Shown here piece by piece: positions 43,701-55,694 of a stretch of 64,000 bases of DNA (position 1 is the first letter of the stretch; every line of letters starts with the position of its first letter). A program made the position numbers and the translations under genes. A model generated the notes under the pieces. The model worked only from the letters and a program-made list of their open reading frames with translations. It was not told where the DNA came from and did no database searches. Source of the DNA: Octopus sinensis (Eukaryota); NCBI RefSeq assembly GCF_006345805.1, contig NC_043026.1, positions 11,697,579-11,761,578 on the forward strand, given 5' to 3'.

Positions 43701-44139
43701 AGAGACCTGGCAAATAAAGTGAGTCCTCAGCTGTAACCTACACCAGTGTGTATAATAAATATTGTATAATAAATTTTCACAATGCAAAGTTGGAAGTTTT
43801 ACCCTTTAGTGTTCAGATTATTCTGTCAGATGTGATGTTTGTTTATTTTAAATGGTTTGAATTAATCCTGCATTATCTTGTAGTTTAGAGATTGCAGTGA
43901 TGTGATTTTTTAGTTTTAGAATGACATTGTAGGGCTGAGGTGAGAGACGAGATCTGGTCAGTTTCAATATAAAACGGGTTAAATATTTTGGCCGGATACG
44001 GCTGGTTTGAACGCTAAAGGGTTAAGGTGTTTTAGATGGAGGTTAGGACAAAACAACAATAACAATAACAATAGCGGTGTTGATGACAACAAGAATAGCG
44101 TGGAGGCGCAATGGCCCAGTGGTTAAATCATGCAGTTCT

Positions 44140-45200
44140 CTGGTTATAGATCAGAAAGATAGGGTTCGAGTATACAGGGGTGCTAGAAAGAAATTAGATA
44201 ACATTATATGTAATGATACCAGTGGTACCTGCCTTAAATATAGAAACAAAGACTGGAATAGGATACAAAGAACTTGTGACAAAGCAAATAGGGCAAACAC
44301 ATGGTATAAAACTGACCAATATCAAGGAGTGATGTTTGTAGAGGCCACAGCCCATGGAGAACTAGCTCGTAGATTTAGAAAATCCCTGAAGGAGACCAAA
44401 TTCAACATTAAGATTGTTGAAAAACCGGGGAACTCCGTCAGATCACAACTATTATTTCTTTACTACCCACAAGGGGCTGAACACAGAGGGAACAAACAAG
44501 GACAGACAGACGGATTAAGTCGATTACATCGACCCCAGTGCACAACTGGTAATTAATTTATCTTTAAGGCGGCGAGCTGGCAGAAACGTTAGCACGCTGG
44601 GCAAAATGCGTAGCCGTATTTCGTCTGCCGTTACGTTCCGAGTTCAAATTCCGCCGAGGTCGACTTTGCCTTTCATCCTTTCGGGGTCGATAAATTAAGT
44701 ACCAGTTATGCACTGGGGTCGATGTAATCGACTTAATCTGTTTGTCCCCTCTGTGTTTAGCCCCTTGTTGGTAGTAAAGAAATAGGTACTTAATTTATCA
44801 ACCCCGAAAGGATGAAAGGCAAAGTCGACCTCAGATCACAACTATGTAGGATGCACCCCTTTCAGAATACCATATGCACCAATGATAACTGCATGGTATG
44901 TAGGGTTAGCCCTGGCATTAACTGTGGAACTCGAAATGTAGTTTACAGCATAAGATGCATAGAAGGTGCTTGTAGAGACATGAACATGACGTATATAGGG
45001 GAGACATCTAGGAGCATTGCGGAACAACCAAATGAACATCGGAGACAATATGACGACAAAAAGCAGTCCTCCATACTCTACCAACATGGAGGCAACTTGG
45101 GTCAACTTGACATCCGCATCTTATCCAAGCACTCAGACAAATATGGAAGTATGTCCTTATAAATGAAACTTCTCCAATACTAAATAGGAAATATAGGTAG
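44140..45200 (+). mobile_element. Penelope-like element remnant (RT thumb/linker plus GIY-YIG endonuclease), Naiad-like
   Basis: WYK...VMFVEATAHGELARRFRK...KIVEKPGNSVRSQL|CRMHPF..CTNDNCMVC...NVVYSIRC...C...YIGETSRS....EH...S.LYQH; shifted C-terminus INETSPILNRK; split by a SINE. Confidence 0.8.
44453..44830. mobile_element. Nested family B SINEs inserted in the Penelope-like ORF
   Basis: 15-bp TSD TCAGATCACAACTAT at 44438-44452 and 44831-44845; inner plus copy flanked by GGTA(A/C)TTAATTTATC. Confidence 0.85.
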
Positions 45201-45279
45201 TAGATATTATACCCACAGTTTACACAGGTAAGAGTAGAATAGTTGGTGGGCTGTTATGTAGACAGATGTATACTCTTTA

Positions 45280-45498
45280 TTCTCTCTTTTACTTGTTTCA
45301 GTCATGTGGCTGTGGCCATGCTGGAGCACCGCCTTTAGTCGATCAAATCGACCCCGGGACTTATTCTTTGTAAGCCCAGTACTTATTTTATCGGTCTCAT
45401 TTTTGCCGAACCGCTAAGTGATGGGAACATAAACACGCCAGCACCGGTTGTCAAGCAATGCTAGGGGGACAAACACAGACACACAAACACGCACATAC

Positions 45499-45539
<41 letters not shown>

Positions 45540-45704
45540 TACGAAGGGCTTCTTTCAGTTTCCGTCTACCAAATCCACTCACAAGGCTTTGTTTGGCCTG
45601 AGGCTATAGTAGAGGACACTTGCCCAAGGTGCCACAAAGTGGGACTGAACCCGGAACCATGTGGTTCGTAAGCAAGCTACTTACCACACAGCCACTCCTG
45701 CGCC
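45280..45704 (-). mobile_element. SINE family A
   Basis: Full reverse-complement match. Confidence 0.9.
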
Positions 45705-46771
45705 ATATGTATGTGGGTGTATGTATATATATATGTATGTAAGCATATGGATATGAAAGTAAACAGGTTGTAGAACGACCGTTTGGAAGGAGTGGTGACG
45801 ATGAATGGCTCTTTTAATACACCAAACGGTCGATTACAATAAAATACGAAAAGTATGAATGTGTATGAGAAAGATTTTATTCACGTGTTAACATGAGTGT
45901 GCGTCATAAGTACATATATCATAACAATAGACAGGTCATCATGAATACATAATGTGTATGTATGTGCATTGAATACAGAACATTGAAAGAGTCTATAACA
46001 GGGCGTTAGATGAATGTTCAGACACAATGAAGATAAATACCAGTTCGTGGTAAGGTACACAATACTTGAAGTGGTGTAACAAGAAGTTGTGGCGAAGAAG
46101 CAGAGCCGGTTGAAGCTCATGTCGTGTAAGAAGTTGTGGCTACTATGCCGCTGCCGGTTACTTGATGCAGGAAGATCTCGCAGGTTGTACTTGCTGTTAA
46201 CCGTGGTGAAGTAATTCACAAACAATGTTGAGATAGAAACATGGGTGTACGTAGAGAAATGTTGTGGACATTAAGACAGAGGTAGCAGAGATGGAGGTCC
46301 TGATGCTGCTGGACGAAGTGTTGATGTTTCTCCATGTGGCTGCTGGTGTTGCTGCTGGAACTGGCTGTGTGCTCTGTGGTCAGACCTTAGAAGGTCTAGA
46401 ACCAAAAGACCTTGACTCGATGAATCGCTGAAGTTTTATAGCAAGCTATCGGCGCAAACGGCGATTTAGAAAAGACCATATCAGATGGCTGAGATTGGCT
46501 GGGTTGCACACTGTGCATAATAGAGCAGGAGACAAACTGCACCAATACTAACCAATCAGAGTAGTGAACACAACAGGGTCCTAGTTGCCGAAGGCTAGCT
46601 GTTATCTACTACGTCCGTTACACTGCTCTGGATATGTATGTGTCCAGTTAAGCCATGACTGAGAGAGTGATTTACCACAAAATATCAGTGATGTGGCTTC
46701 TATCCTGTATGAATAAGTTTGTGTACTCTTAAATCACGATGTTGAGAAAAGGATTTGTCACAAATATCACA

Positions 46772-48904
46772 TTAATTTGGCTTCTCGCTTGTATGAATAC
46801 ATTTATGTGATGTTAAGCTACTTCTTACAGCGAATGATTTACTGCAGATATTGCACTGATATGGTTTCTCTCCTGTATGAATACGTCTATGTATTGTTAA
46901 GCTAGAACTTACAGAGAATGATTTACCGCAGATATCACACCGATATGGCTTCTCACCTGTGTGACTACGCTTGTGTGTCATTAAACTAGTACTTTGCGAG
47001 AATGACTTGCCACAAACATCACACTGAAATGGCTTCTTTCCTGTGTGAATACGCTTGTGTATTATTAAAATACTACTGTCAGAGAATGACTTCTTACAAA
47101 CATCACACTGAAATGGCTTCTCTCCTGTATGAGTACGCTTATGAGTAGTCAAATTGCTTTTTCGAGAGAAAGATTTATTGCAGATATCACATTTATGTGG
47201 CTTCTCTCCTGTATGAGTACGTTTGTGTGTACTTAATGCACTACTTCTAGAGAATGATCTACCACAGGTATTACAGTGATATGGCTTCTCTCCTGTATGA
47301 ATACGTTTGTGTAATGCTACATCAAGAAGTTGAGAAAATGATCTGCTACAAATATCACATTTATATGGCTTCTCTCCTGAATGAGTACGTTTGTGTTTTA
47401 CTAAGCTACTACTTACAGAGAATGATTTGCTGCAGATATCACACTGATATGGTTTCTCTCCTGTATGAATATGCTTATGTGATTTTAAGCTACAATTTAC
47501 CGAGAATGATTTACCGCAGATATCACACCGATATGGCTTCTCACCTGTGTGACTACGCCGGTGTATCATCAAATTACTATTTTGAGAGTATGACTTCCCA
47601 CAAATATCACACTGGTATGGCTTCTTTCCTGTATGAATATGCTTGTGAATTATTAAACTACGACTGTCAGAGAATGACTTCTTACAAACATCACACTTAA
47701 ATGGCTTCTCTCCTGTACGATTACATTTGTGTACTCTTAAACCACTGCTCTGAGAGAAAGATTTATTGCAGATATCACACTGGTATGGCTTCTCCCCTGT
47801 ATGAGTACGTTTGTGCGCACTTAAACCATTACTTCCAGCAAATGATTTACCGCAGATATTACAGCGATATGGCTTCTCACCTGTATGAATACGTTTGTGC
47901 CTAGTTAAATGCATATTTTGAAGAAATGATTTACCACAAATATCACAAATGTATGGCCTCTCCCCTGTGTGAACACGCTCATGTTTATTTAAGGTATACT
48001 TTCGATAGAATGATTTACCACATTTATCACAGTGATAAAGTTTCTCTCCTGTATGAATACATTTGTGTGTTCGTAAGTTAGAACCTGCAGTGAATGTTTT
48101 ACCACAGATATTACACTGATATGGTTTTTCTCCTGTATGTGAACGCTTGTGTATAGTTAAGTATTCATTTCGAGAAAATGATTTACTACAGACATCACAC
48201 TGATATGGCTTCTCTCCCGTATGAATCCGTTTGTGAGATTTTAAAGAATAATTTTTTGCGTAAGATTTACCACAAATGTCACAATGAAATGGTCTCTCTC
48301 CTGTATGACTACGTTTATGTACAGTTAGGCATCCATTCTCAATGAATGATTTACCACAGACATCACAATGATATGGTCTTTCTCCTGTATGAGTCCGCTT
48401 GTGTTTAGTTAAATCATTATTTTGAGGGAATGATTTACCACAGATATTACAGCAATAAGGTTTCTCCCCTGCATGAACTCGCTTGTGATATGTGAAAGCA
48501 TCACATCGAGAGAATGATTTACCACAAATATCACAGTGATATGGCTTCTCTCCTGTATGTATACGTCGGTGATTTGTAAATGCACTATTGCCAGAGAATG
48601 ATTTACCACAGATATCACAATGATATGGCTTCTCTCCTGTATGAATACGATTGTGTTTAGTTAGGTGTCCACTCTGAGTGAATGATTTGCCACAGATATC
48701 ACATCTATATGGCTTCTCTCCTGTATGAAGTCGTCGGTGAGATTTTAAACTACTACGTACAGAGAATGATTTCCCACAGATATTGCAGCAAATTTGCTTC
48801 TTCCTTGCATCAATACGCTTATGTTCTATTAGGTTACCATTCTTAGAGAATGGCTTTTCACAGATATTGAATTCAGATGATGGTTTTCCTGTATCTTTAG
48901 ACAT
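46772..48904 (-). CDS. Poly-C2H2 zinc-finger protein ZF5 (710 aa, ~24 fingers)
   Basis: [19 protein letters not shown] then tandem C2H2 fingers; an in-frame TAA removes the last ancestral finger; acceptor at 49295-49294. Confidence 0.92.
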   Translation of the reverse strand: MSKDTGKPSSEFNICEKPFSKNGNLIEHKRIDARKKQICCNICGKSFSVRSSLKSHRRLHTGEKPYRCDICGKSFTQSGHLTKHNRIHTGEKPYHCDICGKSFSGNSAFTNHRRIHTGEKPYHCDICGKSFSRCDAFTYHKRVHAGEKPYCCNICGKSFPQNNDLTKHKRTHTGERPYHCDVCGKSFIENGCLTVHKRSHTGERPFHCDICGKSYAKNYSLKSHKRIHTGEKPYQCDVCSKSFSRNEYLTIHKRSHTGEKPYQCNICGKTFTAGSNLRTHKCIHTGEKLYHCDKCGKSFYRKYTLNKHERVHTGERPYICDICGKSFLQNMHLTRHKRIHTGEKPYRCNICGKSFAGSNGLSAHKRTHTGEKPYQCDICNKSFSQSSGLRVHKCNRTGEKPFKCDVCKKSFSDSRSLIIHKHIHTGKKPYQCDICGKSYSQNSNLMIHRRSHTGEKPYRCDICGKSFSVNCSLKSHKHIHTGEKPYQCDICSKSFSVSSSLVKHKRTHSGEKPYKCDICSRSFSQLLDVALHKRIHTGEKPYHCNTCGRSFSRSSALSTHKRTHTGEKPHKCDICNKSFSRKSNLTTHKRTHTGEKPFQCDVCKKSFSDSSILIIHKRIHTGKKPFQCDVCGKSFSQSTSLMTHKRSHTGEKPYRCDICGKSFSVSSSLTIHRRIHTGEKPYQCNICSKSFAVRSSLTSHKCIHTSEKPN

Positions 48905-50211
48905 GTCTTCAAGAAAAAAATCAATTTCTCAAGTTTTTGCATTATTTTTCTCCTCAAATCAAAATATTTCTATATATTTCTTGTTGATTCCGTTCCTATT
49001 ATTTATTCTTTGCCATTTTTTCAGCTACGGTATTACTGTCCAACGTTACCTTTATCTAAAAACTTATGAAAATTTATCCCAAGTTTAATTAGAGCACACA
49101 AAATCACTTTGTATACACTCCAGATTATGACACAGAAATTTTGCTAATAATCTCAGTTCAGAGCAAAATGTCATTGGAATTTTACAATGAATTCATAGAA
49201 ACGGTGCTCTTCCATATAACATTTACATTCAGTCTTTAAATGATGGTATGCTTTGAAGGTACATCTTCTGTTAGTCCAATATCATCTATGATTCTGAAAC
49301 AATGAAGAAACATCAGATTAAAATACAGAGGCTAATTGAAAATCAGAGATTTAATAGTAGAAAATTTATACCATTTCTATAGAGATTAATCGCAGGAACA
49401 AATATTTACTTTAACGACTGAACATTTTAATTTACTAAAAATTTACGTAACAGAAGCATACACATTTGTAAACTAGAGCTACACCTTCACATTGTGCTAA
49501 AATATTATATATATTAAACTATAAAATAGTGGACGATAACACTCCGTCTCTCCAAAATTATAAGTGGACATGGTTATTCAGCCCCAGGTCAGCACAAGTG
49601 CTCTTTATGTATATATATATATAGGAGCAAAACGTCCCCCATCCTATGGACGGTGCTGAGTTGTCAAACATTTCATCCTAACGTTCACAAAGCAACATGT
49701 CTGACCGTCCCATAGGCCTCCTCTTTGAGAAACAGATTTAACCTAAATTTGAGACACCTGCAAAAGAGGAGATAAAGATAGACCCTTTTTTTTTCTTAGT
49801 GAAAATCGTGCGGGTGTTAATCTGTAATTTTACCGACGTTTTTTCTATTCCAAAGAAAAACGATTTTATTCACACAAATACGCAACCGAATAGTTTAAAG
49901 TAACCAGTAATGATAAGGCTGTTGACTGGGAGAACAGAAAATTACAAAAGACTGAGTCTAGTGTAATACAAAATATTTCTCAAACTAAACCATACAACAA
50001 ACTAACGTTGCAACGATGGACAGGCAACAAAATAGGCTTCGTAGATACAATAATTTCATTATATTATATATTATAAATAGCAGCCAAATCACGCACAAAG
50101 TAGGCAAATTTCATGTATAAAATGTAGGACAGACACAAAGAATCAATTCGTCAAACACAAATGACTACAATATTAAAAGACGAAATATTTTCATTGTTTA
50201 ATTATACTTAC

Positions 50212-50450
50212 AGAAATGTTGTTATAACTCTGTGTGTGGTAGTTGTGAAATATACTTTAAGTGAGTAGAACTGTTGATAAAAGGTATTATAACAGTGTTT
50301 GTGGTGGACAAGAAATGTTCAAATAAAAGTGCGTGGTGCTTGATTAAAAGGAATTCATTAAACAATGAAAAACTTTGAAGCGATCAATTAACGGGAATGC
50401 AGTTCAGTGCGCATGCGTATGTTGTATTACGTCATCCAGCGCGCATGCGT
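50212..50450 (-). promoter_or_regulatory. Putative promoter and non-coding exon 1 of ZF5 (duplicated NRF1-like motif)
   Basis: TGCGCATGCG 50408-50417 and GCGCATGCG 50441-50449; minus-strand donor GTAAGT at 50211. Confidence 0.65.
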
Positions 50451-50536
50451 ATGTTGTATTAACGCTTTCCAGCCGCTGACTGAAGCTTACTTCAGCTCTT
50501 TTCTCTCCCTGGTATTAAAACGATCTCAGAGATATT

Positions 50537-51135
50537 GTTACGTTCTGAGTTCAAATTCCACCGAAATCGACTTTGCCTTTCATCCTTTCGGGTTCGATAA
50601 ATTAAGTACCTATTTCTTTATTACCCACAAGGGGTTGAACACAGAGGCGACAAACAAGGACAGACATAGGTATTAAGTCGATTACATCGACTCCAGTGCG
50701 TAACTGGTACTTTAATTTATCGACCCCGAAAGGATGAAAGGTAAATTCGACCTCGGCGGAATTTGAACTCTCAATGTAATGGCAGACGAAATACCTATTT
50801 CTTTATGACCCACAAGGGGCTAAACATAGAGGGGACAAACATGGACAGACATAGGTATTAAGTCGATTACATCGCCCTCAGTGCGTAACTGGTACTTAAT
50901 TTATCGACCCCGAAAGGATGAAAGGCAAAGTCGACCTCGGCGGAATTTGAACTCAGAACGTAACGGCAGACGACATATCGCTAAGCATTTCGCCCGGCGT
51001 GCGAACGTTTCTGCTAGCTCGCCGATAAATTAAGTACCAGTTACGCACTGGAGTCGATGTGATCGACTTAAAACCTTTGTCTGTCCTTGTTTGTCCCCTC
51101 TATGTTTAGCCTTTCGTGGGCAATAAAGATATAAG
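50537..51135. mobile_element. Cluster of nested family B SINEs
   Basis: Plus copy split at GATAAATTAAGTACC (~50596-50610 and ~51024-51038) by two minus copies. Confidence 0.8.
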
Positions 51136-51468
51136 ATATATTTTGCCATCAGGCAGACGACAATGTGTTACCCCATATGTTACCCCATAATCTGTCGAAG
51201 TTAAATAATAAATCAGTTCATCAGCGGAATTCTGATTTAAGTACCCAATTTAATGCTTTATGACGATAGTGTTACTGGAATTTTCACGAAATTTTCTATG
51301 GCAAAAAAAAAAGTTTTACTTTTTACAGCCTACCCCAATAAATACTAAAATTTTCACTCTTTCTCGAATTTCATTTTCAAAATCAGTGTCTAAAATGCGG
51401 ACAGTCCGAATCTTATCACCCGTTTCTGTTTATAATTGAAAAATAATTTTTAAAATCCAAATTTTTTA

Positions 51469-52076
51469 GGCGTAGGAGTGGCTGTGTGGTAAGTAGCTTG
51501 TTTACCAACCACATGGTCCCGGGTTCAGTCCCACTGCCTGGCACCTTGGGCAAGTGTCTTCTACTATAGCCTCGGGCCGACCAAAGCCTTGTGAGTGGAT
51601 TTGGTAGACGGAAACTGAAAGAAGCCTGTCGTGTATATATATATATATATACTACAAAATTAGAAAATGGAGAAACATACTTAAATCAATAAAACATCAA
51701 CCATCAGATGATACCCAATCAATACTTTATTACACCATTACATAACAGTAAAGGCATTATATAAAATATATTGTAAATATAAATAGACAAGGAAATAGAA
51801 ATATAAAATATAAAATATAATATGTAATTATATCATATCTGACAGCTGTTTCGGCAGTAAGGGCAATCATGCCTCATTTAACCTATAAGCCATAAAGGCA
51901 GGTATAAATGAGACATTAACAAGGATGCCCCACGGCCTCTTCAGAGAATTTAATTTATTATAATTGTGAAAAAATTTTTTTATCCATATACATATAAATA
52001 TAAAAATATAAAAATGTAAAATATAAAAACTTGTGCATAAACTCCATATTGCTACACACACACACACACATACACA

Positions 52077-52161
<85 letters not shown>

Positions 52162-52205
52162 TGTGTGTGTTTGTCCCCCTAGCATTGCTTGACAACCGAT
52201 GCTGG
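51469..52205 (+). mobile_element. SINE family A with a ~400-bp Penelope-like insert in its (TA)n
   Basis: Head 51469-51632, foreign AT-rich block ~51651-52053, tail resumes at ~52160. Confidence 0.8.
51838..51947 (-). ncRNA. Minimal type I hammerhead ribozyme with a long stem II
   Basis: Minus strand TCT-CTGAAGA-GGC...(GTGGGGCA/TGCCCTTAC, TGTCTCATTTA/TAAATGAGGCA)...GCC-GAA-ACAGCTGT-C-AGA; palindromic stem III; GUC cleavage site. Confidence 0.75.
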
Positions 52206-52467
52206 TATACTAGCCATCTCAATATGGCTAACCACTAAGGGTGGGTGTTACTGTAGCTTTTAGCCCCAGGAGATCATCGTCTCCAGCTGGCTTTGGCCCT
52301 TACGGTATTTACAAAGGGAGGTCATACCTCTCTCGTCAACCTAAGTGATACGCACGGACTGCACAGAAAGTGTGCCTAAAGCCAGCTGGAGACGATGATC
52401 TCCTCGGGCTAAAAGCTACAGTAACACCCACCCTTAGTGGTTAGCCATATTGAGATGGCTAGTATAC
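52205..52467. repeat. Near-perfect inverted repeat with 90-bp arms at the 5' side of a retroposon 3' end
   Basis: 52205-52294 versus 52378-52467; continues to a GAGATTTATTAC tail; related copy at 36812-36932. Confidence 0.85.
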
Positions 52468-52700
52468 TTTACGTTGTCGAGCAGTTACTGTTTACATCTC
52501 GTTCAGAGATTTATTACTACTTAATAAAGTGTACTCACAGAAATATTACCAAGAAACCAACATACGGTCCACAATGGGGCAAGTCTTAGTCCAGCGGTCT
52601 CTACAATTGGTCAGTTATAATTTGAACAGCGGTCACAAGTTAAAACCGTTACAATGGATATGTCAATGAAAATTTAAAAAAATAAAGGATCCGAGGAATG

Positions 52701-53088
52701 GATGGAAGCACTCCGTCGGTTACGACGACGAGGGTTCCGGTTGATCCGAATCAACGGAACAGCCTGCTCGTGAAATTAACGTGTAAGTGGCTGAGCACTC
52801 CACAGACACGTGCACACTTAACGCAGTTCTCGGGGATATTCAGCGTGACACAGAGAGTGACAAGGTCGGCCCCTTGAAATACAGGTACGACAGAAACAGG
52901 AAGTAAGAGTGAGAGAAAGTTGTGGTGAAAGAGTACAGCAGGGATCACCACCACCCCCTGCCGGAGCCTCGTGGAGCTTTTAGGTGTTTTCGCTCAATAA
53001 ACACTCACAACGCCCGGTCCGGGAATCGAAACCGCGATCCTATGACCGCGAGTCCCCTGCCCTAACCACTGGGCCATTGCGCCTCCAC
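52701..53088 (-). mobile_element. tRNA-Arg-derived SINE (octopus OR-type, family D)
   Basis: Minus strand GTGGAGGCGCAATGGCCCAGTGGTTAGGGC...GACTCGCGGTC...GGTTTCGATTCCC; 15-bp TSD AGGATCCG(A/G)GGAATG at 52686-52700 and 53089-53103. Confidence 0.85.
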
Positions 53089-53280
53089 AGGATCCGGGGA
53101 ATGCAATGAAATATGTGGAGGGGGGCCACATATGTCCTTCAGCAGCTTAACATTATAATATTCATGGGAGGACGGTCAAGAGTAAGTTATAGTTAAGGGG
53201 AGGTAACTAGTACAGGTAATTCAGCGACTCTTTAAGGCTGCTTGGAGAGGAATCTGGACTTAACCTCGTACATAGCAAAT

Positions 53281-53830
53281 TCATCATCATCGTTTAACGT
53301 CCGTTTTCCATGCTGGCATGGATTGGACGGTTCGACTGGGGGGGGGGTCTGAGAATCCAGGAGGCTGCACCAGGCTCCAATTTGATCTGGCAGTGTTTCT
53401 ACAGCTGGATGCCTTTCCTGACACCAACCACTCCGAGAGTGTAGTGGATGCTTTATACATATATATACATCATCATCATCATCATCGTTTAACGTCCGTT
53501 TTCCATGCTGGCATGGATTGGACGGTTCGACTGGGGTCTGGGAATCCAGGAGGCTGCACCAGGCCCCAATCTGATCTGGCAGTGTTTCTACAGCTGGATG
53601 CCTTTCCTAACGCCAACAACTCCGAGAGTGTAGTGGGAGCTTTTTACGTTCCACCGGCACAGGGGCCAGAGGAGCTTGCATCGATGGATGATCGGATGGT
53701 GTTTTTTGCGTGCCACCGACACGGAAGCTAGTCAAAGCGGCACTGGCATTAGCCACATTCGGATGGTGCTTTTTACGTGCTGCTGGCACGGGTTTCACTA
53801 CTACATTTTCCATTTGATTTGATTCTGATA
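53281..53830 (-). mobile_element. Two tandem family C SINE-like copies
   Basis: (ATC)n GTTTAACGTCCGTTTTCCATGC at 53281 and 53470. Confidence 0.8.
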
Positions 53831-55568
53831 TTGCTGTTGATGTACTTGACTCAATAGGTCTCCTCAAGCACAGAATGTCACCCTACGATTCAAGGTACTT
53901 TTGAGTGGGCTGGTTATGCAACACCGGTGTAGGTTACAGCTGAGGACGCACTTTATTTGCCGGGTCTTCTCAGTCACAGCATAACGCCAGAAGTCTCGGC
54001 CTTTTGTCATTGACTCTTTGAGGCCCAACGTTCAAAGTTCATGCTTCACCACCTCATCAAATTTTTGTCTTCCTGGGTCTCCCTCTACCCCGAATTTCTT
54101 CCGCTATTTGGGAGTGGCACTTCTTCACACAGCTCTCCTTGTCCATCCGCAGTACCTCCACCCCCATTACAGACTTGGTCACCTATGTAGCAGAAATTAT
54201 CAACTACTTCTAGTTTTTCTACCCTGGCATGTGATGGAGTCTGTTTTCTGAGCATGTGGTGTTTATTGCCCCTGTGCATCTACTGCACGTGAAACCTATC
54301 TTCCTGGTTAATCTTCCTTTGATGTTGCTGCACCTCTTATGTGTCCATAGCGTTCACTGTGTACATCTTACAATCTAAAACACCTTAAACTTCCAACCTT
54401 GCATTGTGAAAATTTATTATACAAATATGATATAATGCGTCATATTTGTATGCAAAAGATTCCTATCTTTTGCAAGGATTTTGTTCAACATCAAAAACTG
54501 CTTTCAATCACAGTATTAAAGCTATACATAGTATTGCTGCAGTACACGTCCTGCACACATTCCTACAAACCTAACCCTAACCGTACTATAAAGGTAGAAG
54601 TAAATCAGTCTCCAACTCAGTCACTTTATTTTTTCTTTGTTTTGCAACATTAACATCACCTACTGCCGACCCTGAGTAATTACTGTTAACACATGCCTGG
54701 TTTATAGACTTTACCAATTGATTCTTCCCAAATATAACAATATTGGTTTCAACACACTCAAAACAAATTCAAAATCTGAAGGAAATTGCTTTTATTAAAA
54801 CTATTACAGAGGTAAGTTATCTCAACAGTGTTTAGTTGAGTTAATATAAAACATAGAGTGTGGGAAGGCTCTTATCACACACTGTTATATTTCTTTTCCA
54901 ATGTACATACATTTAATTATAGAAGACGGTGTTTGTTTTTAAATTTTCATAGGAAGAAAGAAATTTGACACTAAACCATATTCCTTCATGTGGTAAGCAG
55001 AAAATAAAAAAAGGTTGGCATCATTAAAAGTTCAAAGAGCTGTAAAAGACAACCTCAGAAAGAGAGCCAATGATGGGTGGCTTGGTTGTTGTCATGGGTA
55101 AAGTTCACAAAGCTAAGCCCACCTCACTTCAGGTGGGTACTTAAATGTTTTTTGGTTGTTAAGAAGTTCCACACTGATACAGTTACACTTTTATCTGGAT
55201 ACATATACAATCGCTTAAGTCATGATGCTGAGAGAACGATTTACCACAAATTAGCTTCCATACCCGTGGCATGTAAAAGGGAACCATTCGAGCATGATCG
55301 TTACCAACGTCGCTTCACTGGCACGTGTAAAAAGATTTGAGTGAGGTGATTGCCCCCCTCCCCCCTGCCAGTGGCACCTAAAAAGCACCCACTACACTCT
55401 CAGAGTGGTTGGCGTTAGGAAGGGCATCCAGCTGTAGAAACGCTGCCAGATCAGATTGGGGCCTGGTGCAGCCATCTGGTCCGCCAGCCTTCAATCAATA
55501 TCGTCCAACCCATGCTAGCATGGAAAGCAGACGTTAAACGATGACGATGATCAGTGATGTGGCTTCTA

Positions 55569-55667
<99 letters not shown>

Positions 55668-55694
55668 TTATTGCAGATATCACTGATATGGTTC

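Noticed and set aside
45795-45835. SECIS element for the Naiad-like remnant
   Set aside because: ATGA...AA...GA spacing is plausible but helix pairing is weak and the ORF has no in-frame TGA
53010-53088. tRNA-Arg gene
   Set aside because: It is the head of a SINE with a body and 15-bp TSD; no T-run terminator follows
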